From assembly GCA_965204745.1 (NCBI GenBank), contig OZ242010.1, positions 1,088,001-1,152,000 of the forward strand: a stretch of 64,000 bases of DNA. Direction: 5' to 3'. Below, piece by piece: positions 10,364 through 21,973 of this stretch. Both the position numbers and the translations under genes were made by a program. The notes beneath the pieces were generated by a model, which made no database searches, was not told the origin of the DNA, and saw only the letters and a program-made list of their open reading frames with translations. Each line of letters opens with the position of its first letter. Position 1 is the first letter of the stretch. This DNA is from Candidatus Latescibacterota bacterium (GTDB lineage Bacteria > Latescibacterota > UBA2968).

Positions 10364-10366
10364 AAC

Positions 10367-11575
10367 TCACCCCCGTATCTCTTGAAAACTCGCCACCAGC
10401 GCGGCTGCGAACTCGGGATCGTTGATGTTATTCGCCAGCCGCTCGATCTGCCGGTCTGCTGTCTGTTCAATCCGCGCTTCCAGGGTTTCAATCAAGACCC
10501 TGTCCGCATCTGGATCGTAAAAGGGTTGGCCCTCCGCGTCGATGAGGGACACGCCGCGTTCTGGAATTAAAATGCGGATGGGCCGCGTGGATCGGTTCAA
10601 CTTGTTCGCAATCCACTCGGCGAACCGGCGGTTTTCGTCCGCTGTGGTTCGCATCAATGTCACCTGTGCATTGTGAACGTGGAGGTTGCGCCCTGCAAAT
10701 TGCGCGGGCACGGTTTCCCTCGCGCCGAAGTTCACCATGTCCAGCGCGCCCAGGCTGATGACGTAGGGGATTTCCCGGGCGAGGATGCGGTCCATCCGAT
10801 CTGCCCCGGCCGGAAACACCCCGCCCACGATCTCGTCGGCCACTTCTGTGGTGGTGATGTCCAGAACCCCGTCGATCATCCCGCTTTCGACCAGCTTTTC
10901 CATGGCTTGCCCACCCGTGCCAGTCGCGTGAAAAATTAGACAGTCGTACCCGTCCCGCTCCAGTGTTTCCCGCACCATGGTCACGCAAGGCGTTGTCACC
11001 CCGAACATGGTCATGCCGAGCGTGGGTTTGTCCGTTGCTTTTGCAACTGTGTGCCCGACCATGCCCACAATCGCATGCGCGGCATTGCCCAAGACCTGCC
11101 GGGACACGCGGTTGATGCCTGCCACATCCACCACCGAGTACAGCATCGCAATGTCGCAACACCCCACATAAGGCGCGGTATTGCCGCTGGCAACTGTGGA
11201 GACCATCACTTTGGGCACGCCAATGGGCAATGCCTGCATCGCCGGCGTGATGAGCGCGGTGCCCCCGCTACCGCCGATCCCAATGACCCCGGCCACCTCG
11301 CCCTCGGCGTATTCCATCGACAAATAGGCGCGCAGGGCTTCGCCCATCGCGGTCACGGCCTCGCCCCTATCCGCATGCCCTATCGCGGCACGCGCCCCGT
11401 CTTTGTGACACATCGCCACGGTTTCCCGCGGCACATCGGGCGATCCCTGTGCGTCGCGCTGCGTGCCTACATCCACCACTGTCACCGTTGCGCCCGCTTC
11501 CCGAATACACGCCGCAACATACCCGATCTCCTCGCCCTTTGTATCCATCGTTGCAATCGCATAAATGTTGCCCAT
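10367..11575 (-). CDS. Tm-1-like ATP-binding domain protein (UPF0261)
   Basis: TMDTKGEE, GGSGGT, TMFGVTTPCV, FHATGTGG, GALDMVNF; usual partner of the downstream TIM-barrel gene. Confidence 0.88.
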   Translation of the reverse strand: MGNIYAIATMDTKGEEIGYVAACIREAGATVTVVDVGTQRDAQGSPDVPRETVAMCHKDGARAAIGHADRGEAVTAMGEALRAYLSMEYAEGEVAGVIGIGGSGGTALITPAMQALPIGVPKVMVSTVASGNTAPYVGCCDIAMLYSVVDVAGINRVSRQVLGNAAHAIVGMVGHTVAKATDKPTLGMTMFGVTTPCVTMVRETLERDGYDCLIFHATGTGGQAMEKLVESGMIDGVLDITTTEVADEIVGGVFPAGADRMDRILAREIPYVISLGALDMVNFGARETVPAQFAGRNLHVHNAQVTLMRTTADENRRFAEWIANKLNRSTRPIRILIPERGVSLIDAEGQPFYDPDADRVLIETLEARIEQTADRQIERLANNINDPEFAAALVASFQEIRG

Positions 11576-11681
11576 TCGATTCTCCTTGCCTAAATCCCCC
11601 GCATTGTATTTCGCAGGGTGTCATACCCGTCAGCAATTCCAAAATACGATTTCGAGAAAGCGTTTGCAATATAGAAATATA

Positions 11682-11724
11682 TGTCTGAATCGCGGATTGC
11701 GCGGCTTAAGGGATTACGCGGATT
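11682..11724 (-). repeat. Nonamer-based intergenic repeat (AATCCGCG...AATCCGCGATTCAGACA family)
   Basis: Reverse-strand copy of the repeats at 40237-40283 and 44328-44373. Confidence 0.7.
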
Positions 11725-11729
11725 GGCAA

Positions 11730-12010
11730 CTAGGTCGTGTTGACATTTTATTTTTTTTATTACGCACAGATTAGCAAAGCGCGAGGGGACCTATCCCCCG
11801 GCCCCTTTCCTACGAGGAAAGGGGAGTAAAGCTCCTTTGATGGCTTTGGGCGAATGGATCACGCCATAGAACCCAAAAAACCTCTCGAGCAATCCCTCGG
11901 AAGACCCATCACCGTTCCCCCTTCCTCTTAGGAAGGGGGTTAGGGGGTAGGTCCCCCTCGCAAAACCGCTCAAGCCAGTTGCTTTGCTCGTAAATGTCAA
12001 CAGAACCTAG
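11730..12010. mobile_element. MITE-like element with terminal inverted repeats flanked by CTAG
   Basis: CTAGGTCGTGTTGACATTT...AAATGTCAACAGAACCTAG; interior is itself a long imperfect palindrome; solo end at 4441-4459. Confidence 0.65.
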
Positions 12011-12236
12011 CAAATGCGTTGCTTGCTCATTTAAGGCGTTTGGTCCTACAGCCTCGTTGGTTGCCTCCGATGCCTATCGGAGGGGGTTCTGCGAGGGCAC
12101 TTGTTGGGATGCCTTCTTTGAGCAGTTGCTTCGCTCGGCGGTGCAAGTGGCGGATATCGAGGCATTTCAGCGCGTGTTGGATGCGGAGGCGTGACGCGAT
12201 TTCCCGCTGACCGCCAACCGCTGACGACGAAACACA

Positions 12237-12272
12237 AAAGCCCGAGTTCCTCGCGAACCCGGGCTTATTTTG
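12237..12272. terminator. Probable bidirectional terminator
   Basis: AAAAGCCCGAGTTC...GAACCCGGGCTTATTTT. Confidence 0.6.
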
Positions 12273-12304
12273 TTGCGTATTCTATCGCGCTTATTTTTCC
12301 GCTT

Positions 12305-12532
12305 TTACGATCCGATGCCGCGCAAAATCAGGCCAGCCAAAACAATAAACATCGTGACCTGGATGCCGATCACCCAGCGCAATGTAGCCCGCAGGTCTTG
12401 AATGTCTGAACGCATGTCTGCGCGCAGGTCGTCAATGCGCTTGTTCACATCATCCATGCGCTTGTTCATTTGCACCATTTCACCGCGTAACTCTGCAAGT
12501 CCAATGCGCTCGTCCAAATTTTGAGTTGCCAT
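12305..12532 (-). CDS. Small coiled-coil protein with C-terminal TM anchor (DUF1640/CCDC90-like)
   Basis: GGAGG RBS; MNKRMDDVNKRIDDLRADMRSDIQDLR then WVIGIQVTMFIVLAGLIL. Confidence 0.7.
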   Translation of the reverse strand: MATQNLDERIGLAELRGEMVQMNKRMDDVNKRIDDLRADMRSDIQDLRATLRWVIGIQVTMFIVLAGLILRGIGS

Positions 12533-12566
12533 AAGTCCTCCAAATTCGACATTTGATCCCATCTCC

Positions 12567-13202
12567 TCAATGCACCAATTGGAGACCCCAATCAGCACAC
12601 CGCTCTTCAACCTGATTGAGCGGAGCCATCGTGACGATCACGCCATCCACAACTTTCTCCGGATGCAAGGTTCGCATCAACGCCACTTTATCGGCAAAGC
12701 GATCCACGTCCTCCAACTCGCACACGGACTTGACCTCAAACACCAACAAGGCGCTGTTATGCACCAAAATATCGACCTCGTAACGACGACCCGCAGGGCC
12801 GATCATGCCCTCGGCATCTTCAAGGGGCTGACGCAAGCGCACATGCTCCGAGAAAACATCGTCCCGTCCGAGTACCAGCCGCATCGTGCCGGCGACCACA
12901 TCTTCCAATTTTCTGCCGGATCGCGTTTGGAAGCGTCCCACAATCATTTCGACCCAATCTCGCAGATCGGAGAATTGTTGCCCCATCCGATCAAGCCTGT
13001 CATTGACTTCGATGCGAAACTCGTCAAATTCATCGCGCAATTCGCGCAATTCGGACAGCACTGCCGCCACTTCCTTCTTCGTGGCAAACGTCCGCATAAA
13101 CGTCGAATAGACGCGCATCTCAAATTCGGGATGCCGTTTGAGCAATGCCGGTAGTTGCGTCTCCAGCGTGTCCATCAATTCCTCATCGGTCAACAGAGCC
13201 AT
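12567..13202 (-). CDS. Coiled-coil plus PD-(D/E)XK nuclease-like domain protein
   Basis: FATKKEV coiled coil, then EVDILV...VFEVKS; GGAGG RBS. Confidence 0.7.
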   Translation of the reverse strand: MALLTDEELMDTLETQLPALLKRHPEFEMRVYSTFMRTFATKKEVAAVLSELRELRDEFDEFRIEVNDRLDRMGQQFSDLRDWVEMIVGRFQTRSGRKLEDVVAGTMRLVLGRDDVFSEHVRLRQPLEDAEGMIGPAGRRYEVDILVHNSALLVFEVKSVCELEDVDRFADKVALMRTLHPEKVVDGVIVTMAPLNQVEERCADWGLQLVH

Positions 13203-13345
13203 TGTGCCCTCCTTCAAAAAGTTTTTCATAACGCACTTCTCCATCCCATCCACCCGCGACAAATATAGCCACCTTTTGCCCGATCTGCAACCCCAAAGCG
13301 TTTCATGTCGGCATCTAAAGAGATCGAGCTACGCCATTTACGATA

Positions 13346-13374
13346 TTGACATAATCCCTTTTATGCTCTACACT
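13346..13374 (+). promoter_or_regulatory. sigma-70 promoter
   Basis: TTGACA-N17-TACACT upstream of the 13422 CDS. Confidence 0.6.
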
Positions 13375-13421
13375 TAATAGGAAACAACTTGTCGTTTCAC
13401 CTTTTTCAAGAGAGGGCGCAA

Positions 13422-14201
13422 ATGTTGAAACGTTTTTTTCGTAAAAATGCCAATGATTCGGACAATGGCGCGAGCAAGGAGCGGCAAATTTACATCGAGG
13501 GGCAAGACGATCACATTCGGGAAGCCATGGACCTCCTCGCGCAGGAAGACCAAGGCGAGTTGGACGAAACCCTGGTCGAAGTGACGGAAACCGTGCGCGA
13601 AGCCGCCCGAGCCTCCCTGCGCGACATCAAGCTCATGGAAGAAGGCCATTGTCCCTCCTGTGGGCACAAAACCCTGCGGCGATTTCTCTTTACGACCGTG
13701 TGTTCTAGTTGCGGGTGGTTTTCATTTATTTCGCCCGAAGAGGGCGAGTCGCGCATTCACTTGAAAAGCGGGCGCACCATCGAATGCGGCACCACGTTTG
13801 AAACCACGGGCGGCTTTGTCCTCGGCATCACAGATGGCGTCGTGCGCGCCAAAGTGCAAAAAGAAAATGTCGAATACGTGGAGTTTATATGGACGACCGA
13901 GGAAATCGAGCGCAAACGCGAATCGCGCGTGCGAGAAGAAGTGGGGATTTGCAGTTGGTGCGAAAAAAAGCTCGCGGATTCATCCGAGGAAAACATCATC
14001 GTGTACGCGGCCTTTGGCACCATGCAAGAGCGCTTTGTTTTTTGTTCCCAAAAATGCAACGAAGCGTTTCAAAAACAATACCCGGTTCGCATTCACAAGA
14101 ATTGCTACGAACGCTCGTGCTTGGATTGCGATTTGTGCAACAAACGCTACTTGGGCGAGGACGAGACATTCCTCAAATTGCTGGAGCAGGGGAAGGTGTG
14201 A
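13422..14201 (+). CDS. Cys-rich hypothetical protein, probable multiple zinc sites
   Basis: CPSC, CSSC, CSWC, FCSQKC, HKNC, CLDCDLC. Confidence 0.75.
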   Translation: MLKRFFRKNANDSDNGASKERQIYIEGQDDHIREAMDLLAQEDQGELDETLVEVTETVREAARASLRDIKLMEEGHCPSCGHKTLRRFLFTTVCSSCGWFSFISPEEGESRIHLKSGRTIECGTTFETTGGFVLGITDGVVRAKVQKENVEYVEFIWTTEEIERKRESRVREEVGICSWCEKKLADSSEENIIVYAAFGTMQERFVFCSQKCNEAFQKQYPVRIHKNCYERSCLDCDLCNKRYLGEDETFLKLLEQGKV

Positions 14202-14216
14202 GAGGGGAGAGGAGCG

Positions 14217-14360
14217 TTTAGCCACGAGCGGGGTACAACTGGCGACAGTCAGTTCAAAGGCACAAAAGGCACGAGCGGGGTACATGGCGACAGCTAGTTC
14301 AAAGGCACGCACGGGGTACAACTGGCAATAGCCAGCTCAAAGGCGAGCCGTGTGTAGGGA
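14217..14360 (+). repeat. Cluster of three REP-like units GGGGTACAACTGGCGAYAGCCAGTTCAAAGGC
   Basis: AACTGGC/GCCAGTT hairpin core; same family at 19402, 26788, 30443, 36268. Confidence 0.8.
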
Positions 14361-14380
14361 TACAAGAGGGCAAACAGCAG

Positions 14381-14411
14381 AAGGCGCGGAATTTATCCGC
14401 GCCTTTTTTTG
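14381..14411 (+). terminator. Rho-independent terminator
   Basis: AAGGCGCGGA-ATTTA-TCCGCGCCTT followed by a T-run. Confidence 0.75.
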
Positions 14412-14540
14412 TTCAACCAGCGGTTGGCGGTCAGCCGATTCTGTCGGGCATGCGACTGAATATTCGCGCCCGTGAACTGCTATCGCAGGTGTATCCCGAC
14501 CATGCCCTTTGTGGATCACATCTTGTAGCTTCAAGGAGCA

Positions 14541-15167
14541 TTAAAGTTCTAGCGCATCCAAGATATACCGGGCGACGGATTCGGCGAGGATGGCAGAGCC
14601 TCGTTTGCTGAAATGCACATTCGCGGGGAGTTGAATCTCGTCGAGGCGTTTTAGCGCGTGCGCGTAGAGGTCGTTTGTGGGAATGCCGTGTGCGCGCATG
14701 ACTTTTTGGGCGATGGCATTGTATTCGACTTCGTCGCCGAGCTTGCGAAAAGACGCGCCTTCGGGAACCGGGGTGGTGGCGCACCATAAGAGTTTGGCAT
14801 CGGTTTGTTTGAGGCGTTGGACGAGGGTGTTGAGATTTTGTTCGTATTGATCAGCGGGCACTTGGTGTTGCCCCTGCGGGGGATTGACGCGCTCGCCATC
14901 TGCTGTCATATACGCGATGTCGTGCAATCCCCAGTTGAAGTGAATGACGTCCCAAGGGCCATTCCCGAGCCAGTTTTCGATTTCTGCGACGCCGCGTGTC
15001 GTCGGGCCGCAGTTGGTGTGCGGGCGATGGAGATTGACTTTGCCTCGAAGCAATTCGCGCACGGCCGGGGTATAACCGATGGAGATGGAATCGCCGATGA
15101 TCAAGGCACGAGGCAAGCCGGGTTCGTCTGCGACGGGGTCAAATGCGGGATTGCGATTGGCGGGCAT
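14541..15167 (-). CDS. SGNH/GDSL hydrolase family protein
   Basis: IGDSISIGY, HFNWGLHD, NVHF; AAGGAG RBS before MPANRNP. Confidence 0.85.
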   Translation of the reverse strand: MPANRNPAFDPVADEPGLPRALIIGDSISIGYTPAVRELLRGKVNLHRPHTNCGPTTRGVAEIENWLGNGPWDVIHFNWGLHDIAYMTADGERVNPPQGQHQVPADQYEQNLNTLVQRLKQTDAKLLWCATTPVPEGASFRKLGDEVEYNAIAQKVMRAHGIPTNDLYAHALKRLDEIQLPANVHFSKRGSAILAESVARYILDALEL

Positions 15168-15205
15168 GGGCGTCTCCTTTGGTGAATGGGTTGGAAATGG
15201 CGCTC

Positions 15206-15586
15206 TCAAGCGACCTGTTGCTTCTGGGGTTGTTTTACTGTTTTGCCAAAATGTTCGGCGAAAAAACGCACGCATTCGGGCGCGAGATCGATGGCGTGTT
15301 CGTCATACGCACCGGTTTCGGGATTGGGCCAAATCAAGGCGTAGTCGCCGATCACCTGACGAAATCGCGCCTTATCGCACAACAACGCAAAAACGCCCCC
15401 CGGATTTTCTTCGACAAAGAGCGGATAAAAATCCAGATCGTAAATGGACACGTCGAGGTCTTCTTCAAACCAAAGGCGCAGGACGTAATCGGTCAGATAT
15501 TCCGCTTTGAGCAACCCCTTTTCACGGTGATTTGCCCAGCGCGTTTCATCGTCCGCTACGGTTTGCCATGCTTTCCATTTCATCAC
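15206..15586 (-). CDS. DUF2442-like protein
   Basis: DYVLRLWFE...PGGVFALL...ALIWPN...IDLAPE. Confidence 0.65.
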   Translation of the reverse strand: MMKWKAWQTVADDETRWANHREKGLLKAEYLTDYVLRLWFEEDLDVSIYDLDFYPLFVEENPGGVFALLCDKARFRQVIGDYALIWPNPETGAYDEHAIDLAPECVRFFAEHFGKTVKQPQKQQVA

Positions 15587-15935
15587 ATTATCCCACGATA
15601 GAAATTGGTTGTCCTCGTCGAGCGTTGTTCCACTGTTGATGCGAACTCGGTCACGTCTTATTGGGACCTACCCCCCTGGCCCCCCTTCCTGTGAGGAAGG
15701 GGGGAAGAACCTCTCTCCGTTACGGGAAGGAGCCGGAGGAGGGGCATCCATTGTTTGTTTTAAGACAAGTGCTAAGGGGCGATCCGATAAGGGATGAGTC
15801 GTTCATGTCTTTGGGCGATTGACCGCGGCTTGCTTCCCACTCGCTTTTTACTCTTAATTCGCATTAGTGAGAATGACCAAAGTTCCTTGGTTGAAAGGGT
15901 GGGAGACGGGTGGCATTGCGCTTGAGGTGTTCTGT

Positions 15936-16934
15936 TTAAGACAGGGCTATCGGCTGTTGGGTTCGCATGGATTCGTAGATCGCGTCCATCGTTTTCATGT
16001 TGCCGATGCTGTTTTCGGGTGGGATGCGATGGGGGTGGCCCGCGTCCAAGCAATCGCACAGGTGGTGGAGTTGGTTGACGAACTGATTCACGGGTTCAAA
16101 TTCATAGACCTCGACACCATCTCGCGTGTGAACCTCGAGGGTCGTGGGGTGGTTTTCATTGTTCCACGCGCGTTCGGTTCGCAACATGCCATCGCTGCCC
16201 GAGATTTCAAAATACTGCGACGAGGCCATTTTGAAGCTAAAGGTGAGTTGCGCGGTGACGCGATTGGGAAATTCGTACAGCGCAGCAACTGTCTCATCCA
16301 CCTCTTCGCCAAATTCGCCAGTGGCATAGACCCGGATGGGATCGGCATTGGCGATAAACCGGGCGTGATGCGTGTTGTAGCAGCCCAAATCATAGACCGC
16401 GCCGCCGCCCTTTGCCTTGTTGAAACGCCAGTTGAGCGCGGGTTTTCGGCGGTCTTTGGGAACGCCCGTGCAAAAGGTGCTGCGAATATTGCCCAGGGTT
16501 CCGATGCGCCCGGAATCCAAAATTTCTTTGGCTTTGAGATGCAGGGGATGATGGCGAAATTTGAAGGCTTCGGCGAGGAGGATGCCGTTGGCATTGGCAC
16601 ACGCGACCATGGCTTCGCACTCGGTTGCGGTTTGGGCGATGGGCTTTTCGCAGAGGACCGCGCGAACCCGTTGCGACTGTGCGATTTGGTTGCTCAGGTC
16701 CGCGTGAAAGCAACCCCAAGTGCAAATAATGGCGATGTCGAGGTCTTCGTTATCGAGCATCTGGTCGAGGTCCGCATAACCCTTTCGCACGTCAAACGCG
16801 CCGCGATACCGCGCAACCGCTTCGGGCAACACATCGCAGACCGCGACGATTTCCGTGCGATGGGACCGCGCAACGGCCCGCCCATGGGCGCGCGAAATCC
16901 CCCCCGCGCCGACAATGCCAATGCGATAAGCCAT
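15936..16934 (-). CDS. Gfo/Idh/MocA family oxidoreductase
   Basis: GIVGAGGIS, VLCEKPIA, GGGAVYDLGCY. Confidence 0.9.
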   Translation of the reverse strand: MAYRIGIVGAGGISRAHGRAVARSHRTEIVAVCDVLPEAVARYRGAFDVRKGYADLDQMLDNEDLDIAIICTWGCFHADLSNQIAQSQRVRAVLCEKPIAQTATECEAMVACANANGILLAEAFKFRHHPLHLKAKEILDSGRIGTLGNIRSTFCTGVPKDRRKPALNWRFNKAKGGGAVYDLGCYNTHHARFIANADPIRVYATGEFGEEVDETVAALYEFPNRVTAQLTFSFKMASSQYFEISGSDGMLRTERAWNNENHPTTLEVHTRDGVEVYEFEPVNQFVNQLHHLCDCLDAGHPHRIPPENSIGNMKTMDAIYESMRTQQPIALS

Positions 16935-16949
16935 GTCAAAACTCCCGAA

Positions 16950-17654
16950 TCAACGCAATGGGGATTCCCATTGCGAAATGAGTGCCACGAGCGCCGGGGC
17001 GACGATGAGTGCGGGCAAGTAGTTGGCAACGCGGATGCGGGCGAGATCGAGCAAGACAAACCCGATGCCCAAGACCATCAAACCGCCTGCGGCGACCATT
17101 TCGGCGATCATCGCCTCGGTCAATACCTGGTCGAGATGCCCTGCCATCAAGCTGATGCTGCCCTGCACGATGAGAATGGTGCATGCGGAAAACGCCACGC
17201 CCAATCCAAAGCCCGCGGCAAAGGTCAGGGCGACGAAGCCGTCGAGCAGGGATTTGATCGCCAAGAGTTGGTAATCTCCGGTCAACCCATCTTGCAACGC
17301 GCCCAAAACCGTCATCGGGCCGACGCAAAAAATCAGGCTGGTGGTGACGAACCCCTCGCTGAAGCGGTTGTTTGAAGACGCGCCAAAACGCGCTTGCAAC
17401 GCATTGCCCAAGCGGTCGAGACGCGCGTGAATATCGAGCAATTCGCCCGCGATGCCGCCAATGACCACGCTGACCAAGGTGATGATCACGCGGTCCGTCT
17501 CAAAAGCCATCTGCAATCCGACAATCAGGGTGAACAACCCCAACCCCTTCATCAGGGTTTCGCGGACGCGCTCGGGAAACCGCTTGCCCAACACAAGCCC
17601 CAAGCAACACCCGACGAGCACGGTTGCGATATTGATCCAGGTTCCGGTCATCAC
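16950..17654 (-). CDS. DUF554 (YdfK/YqgA) membrane protein
   Basis: GTWIN, FCVGPMTVLGALQDGL, KSLLDG, IRVANYLPAL. Confidence 0.88.
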   Translation of the reverse strand: MMTGTWINIATVLVGCCLGLVLGKRFPERVRETLMKGLGLFTLIVGLQMAFETDRVIITLVSVVIGGIAGELLDIHARLDRLGNALQARFGASSNNRFSEGFVTTSLIFCVGPMTVLGALQDGLTGDYQLLAIKSLLDGFVALTFAAGFGLGVAFSACTILIVQGSISLMAGHLDQVLTEAMIAEMVAAGGLMVLGIGFVLLDLARIRVANYLPALIVAPALVALISQWESPLR

Positions 17655-17675
17655 TTATACCAATTTGTTGACCTA

Positions 17676-19220
<1,545 letters not shown>

Positions 19221-19350
19221 TCAGATGGCACACACAGGGCCACACGCGCCACTTTAAGGCGTCTCGGAGGCGTCAACCATTTTTTGCGGCGACAACGCAT
19301 CTGGCGCATGGTCATACTCCAAAAAGTTATCGTGCGTGTTGGCTTTGTTC

Positions 19351-19379
19351 AATATATCGCTTCTCGTGCGTTCTGTCAA
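19351..19379 (-). promoter_or_regulatory. sigma-70 promoter for guaB
   Basis: Minus strand TTGACA-N17-TATATT. Confidence 0.6.
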
Positions 19380-19401
19380 TAGCCTTGCCCGGTGAAAGGG
19401 A

Positions 19402-19462
19402 GCCACAAAAGGCACGAGCGGGGTACAACTGGCGATAGCCAGTTCAAAGGCACAAAAGGCAC
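19402..19462 (+). repeat. REP-like unit flanked by a ~31-bp imperfect direct duplication
   Basis: Same family as 14217; GTTCTGYCAATAGYCTTGCCCGGTGAAA on both sides (19370, 19464). Confidence 0.75.
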
Positions 19463-19604
19463 GGTTCTGCCAATAGTCTTGCCCGGTGAAAAGGGGTTGA
19501 CACTTGTCTTTGCGGATTATATTTTTTGCACAACTCGTGTTAGGATATACCGGGAACTCTGCGACTGCGCGTCACGTTTAATCATGGCAGGGGCGGATTT
19601 TGGC

Positions 19605-19633
19605 TTGACAGGCTTTTTTTTCTGCGTTACATT
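19605..19633 (+). promoter_or_regulatory. sigma-70 promoter for the TPR-exbBDD-tonB operon
   Basis: TTGACA-N17-TACATT. Confidence 0.55.
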
Positions 19634-19692
19634 CTTTGCCCTTAACCCGTGAATAATGACCGCGTATCGTTTTTTTGATGGAGATTGGGACC

Positions 19693-20886
19693 ATGATGAA
19701 TTTGAAATTTCGACCCGGGTTTGCGGCTTTGCTGTGCGGCATTTTCGTTTTTGGCACGGCATCACTTGGTTTTGCCGAAGAAGAGAAAACCGAGATGACA
19801 AAGGCCGATTCTATCAGTATGGGCAATCGGCATTTGGGATGGGGCGACAGGTATCTCAAGAACGGGCAATACGAAGATGCGGAAACGCAGTTGTTGAAAT
19901 CGTGGGGGTACAATCCGACACGGGCAACCACAGCGCGGCGTTTGGGCAAATTGTACAATCAGCTCGAAAATTACGAGGACGCCATTACTTGGTATCGGAA
20001 AGCCATCGATCTCGAACCCAAGAGCAAGTACACCAAAGGCGTGTACCTCGCATTGGCCAGCATATACGTCATTCGGGAACAGCCGGAAAAAGCCATTGGA
20101 TCTTATGAAGCCTTGCTGACATTCAACCTCGAACCCGAGGAACGAGTCCAGTGTTACCACGCCTTGGTCGGCTTGAATGTCGATATTCAGAACTATGAGA
20201 CCGCGTTGGAGTACGCCAAGAAATGGGGAAAAATAAAGCCCGACGATCCCGACGTGCGGGATATGATCGGCAAGTTGCATCTGCAAACAGGCGGCGAGGA
20301 CGAGGCCCTGGCCGAAATGGAAAAAGTGCTGGAGATCGACCCCGAGGATTACGCCACGCTGGAAAAAGTGGCGGGAATGTACCAAAGAAAGGGCGATGAC
20401 GACTTGGCCTTCAATGCCTATGAAAAATTGTATCAGAACGATAACACGAGCGTTTTCTTTTTGGAAAAGACCATCGAATCGGGCAAGAAGGTGGGCAAGC
20501 CCAAGCGTTGGATCATCGCTCGGCTCGAACTATTGTACAAAAGTCAGCCCGACAATTTGGGGGTGATCGAGGAACTCGCCGATTTGACGGGCAGTCTCAA
20601 GTGGGTCAATATCGGAATAAAAAAAGATCCCCAAAATGGCATATACCCCTATATGAAGGGCAATCACTATCATAAAAGATGGGAAAACGCAGGTGCAAAA
20701 CAGGATTCTATCAATGCGTTGACATGGTATAAAAGGGCACTCAAAGACCCGCAGTGGAAGAACAATGCCAACGCGCAGATCCTAACACTCGACCCGCCCC
20801 TGACCGAAGAGGAAAAGAAGCGTCGGGAATTTTTTGGTGGCAGCAAACAGAAAAAGGAGGAGGTGAAAACAGAGGGCAAGCGGTAA
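19693..20886 (+). CDS. Secreted tetratricopeptide repeat protein
   Basis: Signal peptide; repeated LG..Y...Y..A...Y.KA..L.P TPR motifs. Confidence 0.85.
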   Translation: MMNLKFRPGFAALLCGIFVFGTASLGFAEEEKTEMTKADSISMGNRHLGWGDRYLKNGQYEDAETQLLKSWGYNPTRATTARRLGKLYNQLENYEDAITWYRKAIDLEPKSKYTKGVYLALASIYVIREQPEKAIGSYEALLTFNLEPEERVQCYHALVGLNVDIQNYETALEYAKKWGKIKPDDPDVRDMIGKLHLQTGGEDEALAEMEKVLEIDPEDYATLEKVAGMYQRKGDDDLAFNAYEKLYQNDNTSVFFLEKTIESGKKVGKPKRWIIARLELLYKSQPDNLGVIEELADLTGSLKWVNIGIKKDPQNGIYPYMKGNHYHKRWENAGAKQDSINALTWYKRALKDPQWKNNANAQILTLDPPLTEEEKKRREFFGGSKQKKEEVKTEGKR

Positions 20887-20944
20887 GCGGACTGAGTTCG
20901 TAATCCATTCTTTCTCACTATACCCCTAACTCGGGAGATGCAGC

Positions 20945-21565
20945 ATGGTCGATCTTTTTATTAAGGGCGGAAACTTTATGTATCCGCTGTTGGTGATGTT
21001 GTTTTTTGGCATCGTGGTGATTGCCGAGCGTTTTTACACCTTGTTTAAGGCGCATATCAATGCCAAAGAATTTATGGTGGAACTTCAGGATGTCCTCAAG
21101 CAGGACGGGCCGGAAGGTGCGGCTGAACTGTGTTCCAATACGCGCGGCCCGGTCGCCACGGTGTTGCACGCGGGGCTGTTGCGGTTGGATCGCGGCATCG
21201 AACACGTGGAAAAGTCGATTGAGGAATCCGGCGCGATAGAGATGGCATTTCTCGAGCGCGGGCTCGTGTGGCTGTCAACGGTTGCAAATCTGGCGCCTCT
21301 GGTCGGTTTTTTGGGCACTGTGTCGGGGATGATCCGCGCCTTTAACGATATTGCCGCCGCAGGCGATGTCGATCCCAGCGTCGTGGCCGGCGGTATTTCC
21401 GAAGCCCTGATTACAACGGCTTCGGGCTTGGTGGTCGCGATTCCGGTGCAGGCCGCGTACAACTTCTTCCTGTCGAAAATCGACAAGATCATTATCGACC
21501 TCCAAGAGAGTTCCAATCAGTTTGTCGATGACCTGATCCAGTTGGGTTACGGCAAGGAGGACTAA
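20945..21565 (+). CDS. exbB: MotA/TolQ/ExbB proton channel protein
   Basis: APLVGFLGTVSGMIRAF, GISEALITTASGL. Confidence 0.92.
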   Translation: MVDLFIKGGNFMYPLLVMLFFGIVVIAERFYTLFKAHINAKEFMVELQDVLKQDGPEGAAELCSNTRGPVATVLHAGLLRLDRGIEHVEKSIEESGAIEMAFLERGLVWLSTVANLAPLVGFLGTVSGMIRAFNDIAAAGDVDPSVVAGGISEALITTASGLVVAIPVQAAYNFFLSKIDKIIIDLQESSNQFVDDLIQLGYGKED

Positions 21566-21568
21566 ACC

Positions 21569-21973
21569 ATGGCCCTTCAGAGACGCGAAAAATCTTCCCC
21601 TGAAATCCCCACTGGGTCTATGGCGGATATCGTGTTTTTGTTGCTCGTGTTCTTTCTCGTGACCACCACGATGAACCAAGACAAGGGCATCGGCATGCAC
21701 TTGCCGCCGCCGGGCGAGCAAAAGCAGATCCAGAAGAAGAACATTTGCAACATCTGGGTCAATGCCAATGGGGAGATTCTCATCAATCTGGAACAAAGCG
21801 TACCGCTGAATCAGCTTCGGGCGGATATCGAGCAGCGATTGGTGCAAAACGATAAGTTGATCATCTCATTAAAGGCCGACGAAGAAACGCCCTACGAGCA
21901 ATTCATCGACGTGCTTGACGAGATCAAGTTGTCCGGCGCAGATAAAATTTCGCTCGCCTCGCCCAGTGAGTGA
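21569..21973 (+). CDS. exbD: Biopolymer transporter ExbD/TolR
   Basis: SMADIVFLLLVFFLVTT, LKADEETPY. Confidence 0.9.
   Translation: MALQRREKSSPEIPTGSMADIVFLLLVFFLVTTTMNQDKGIGMHLPPPGEQKQIQKKNICNIWVNANGEILINLEQSVPLNQLRADIEQRLVQNDKLIISLKADEETPYEQFIDVLDEIKLSGADKISLASPSE

Noticed and set aside
11994-12194. Short ORF ending LLRSAVQVADIEAFQRVLDAEA
   Set aside because: May be the tail of a decayed Rpn/DUF4351-like gene, but it starts inside the MITE end and is too short to support.
14217-14360. Possible mini-CRISPR of ~32-bp repeats
   Set aside because: Linkers are short shared nonamers, not unique spacers, and the same unit is dispersed elsewhere.
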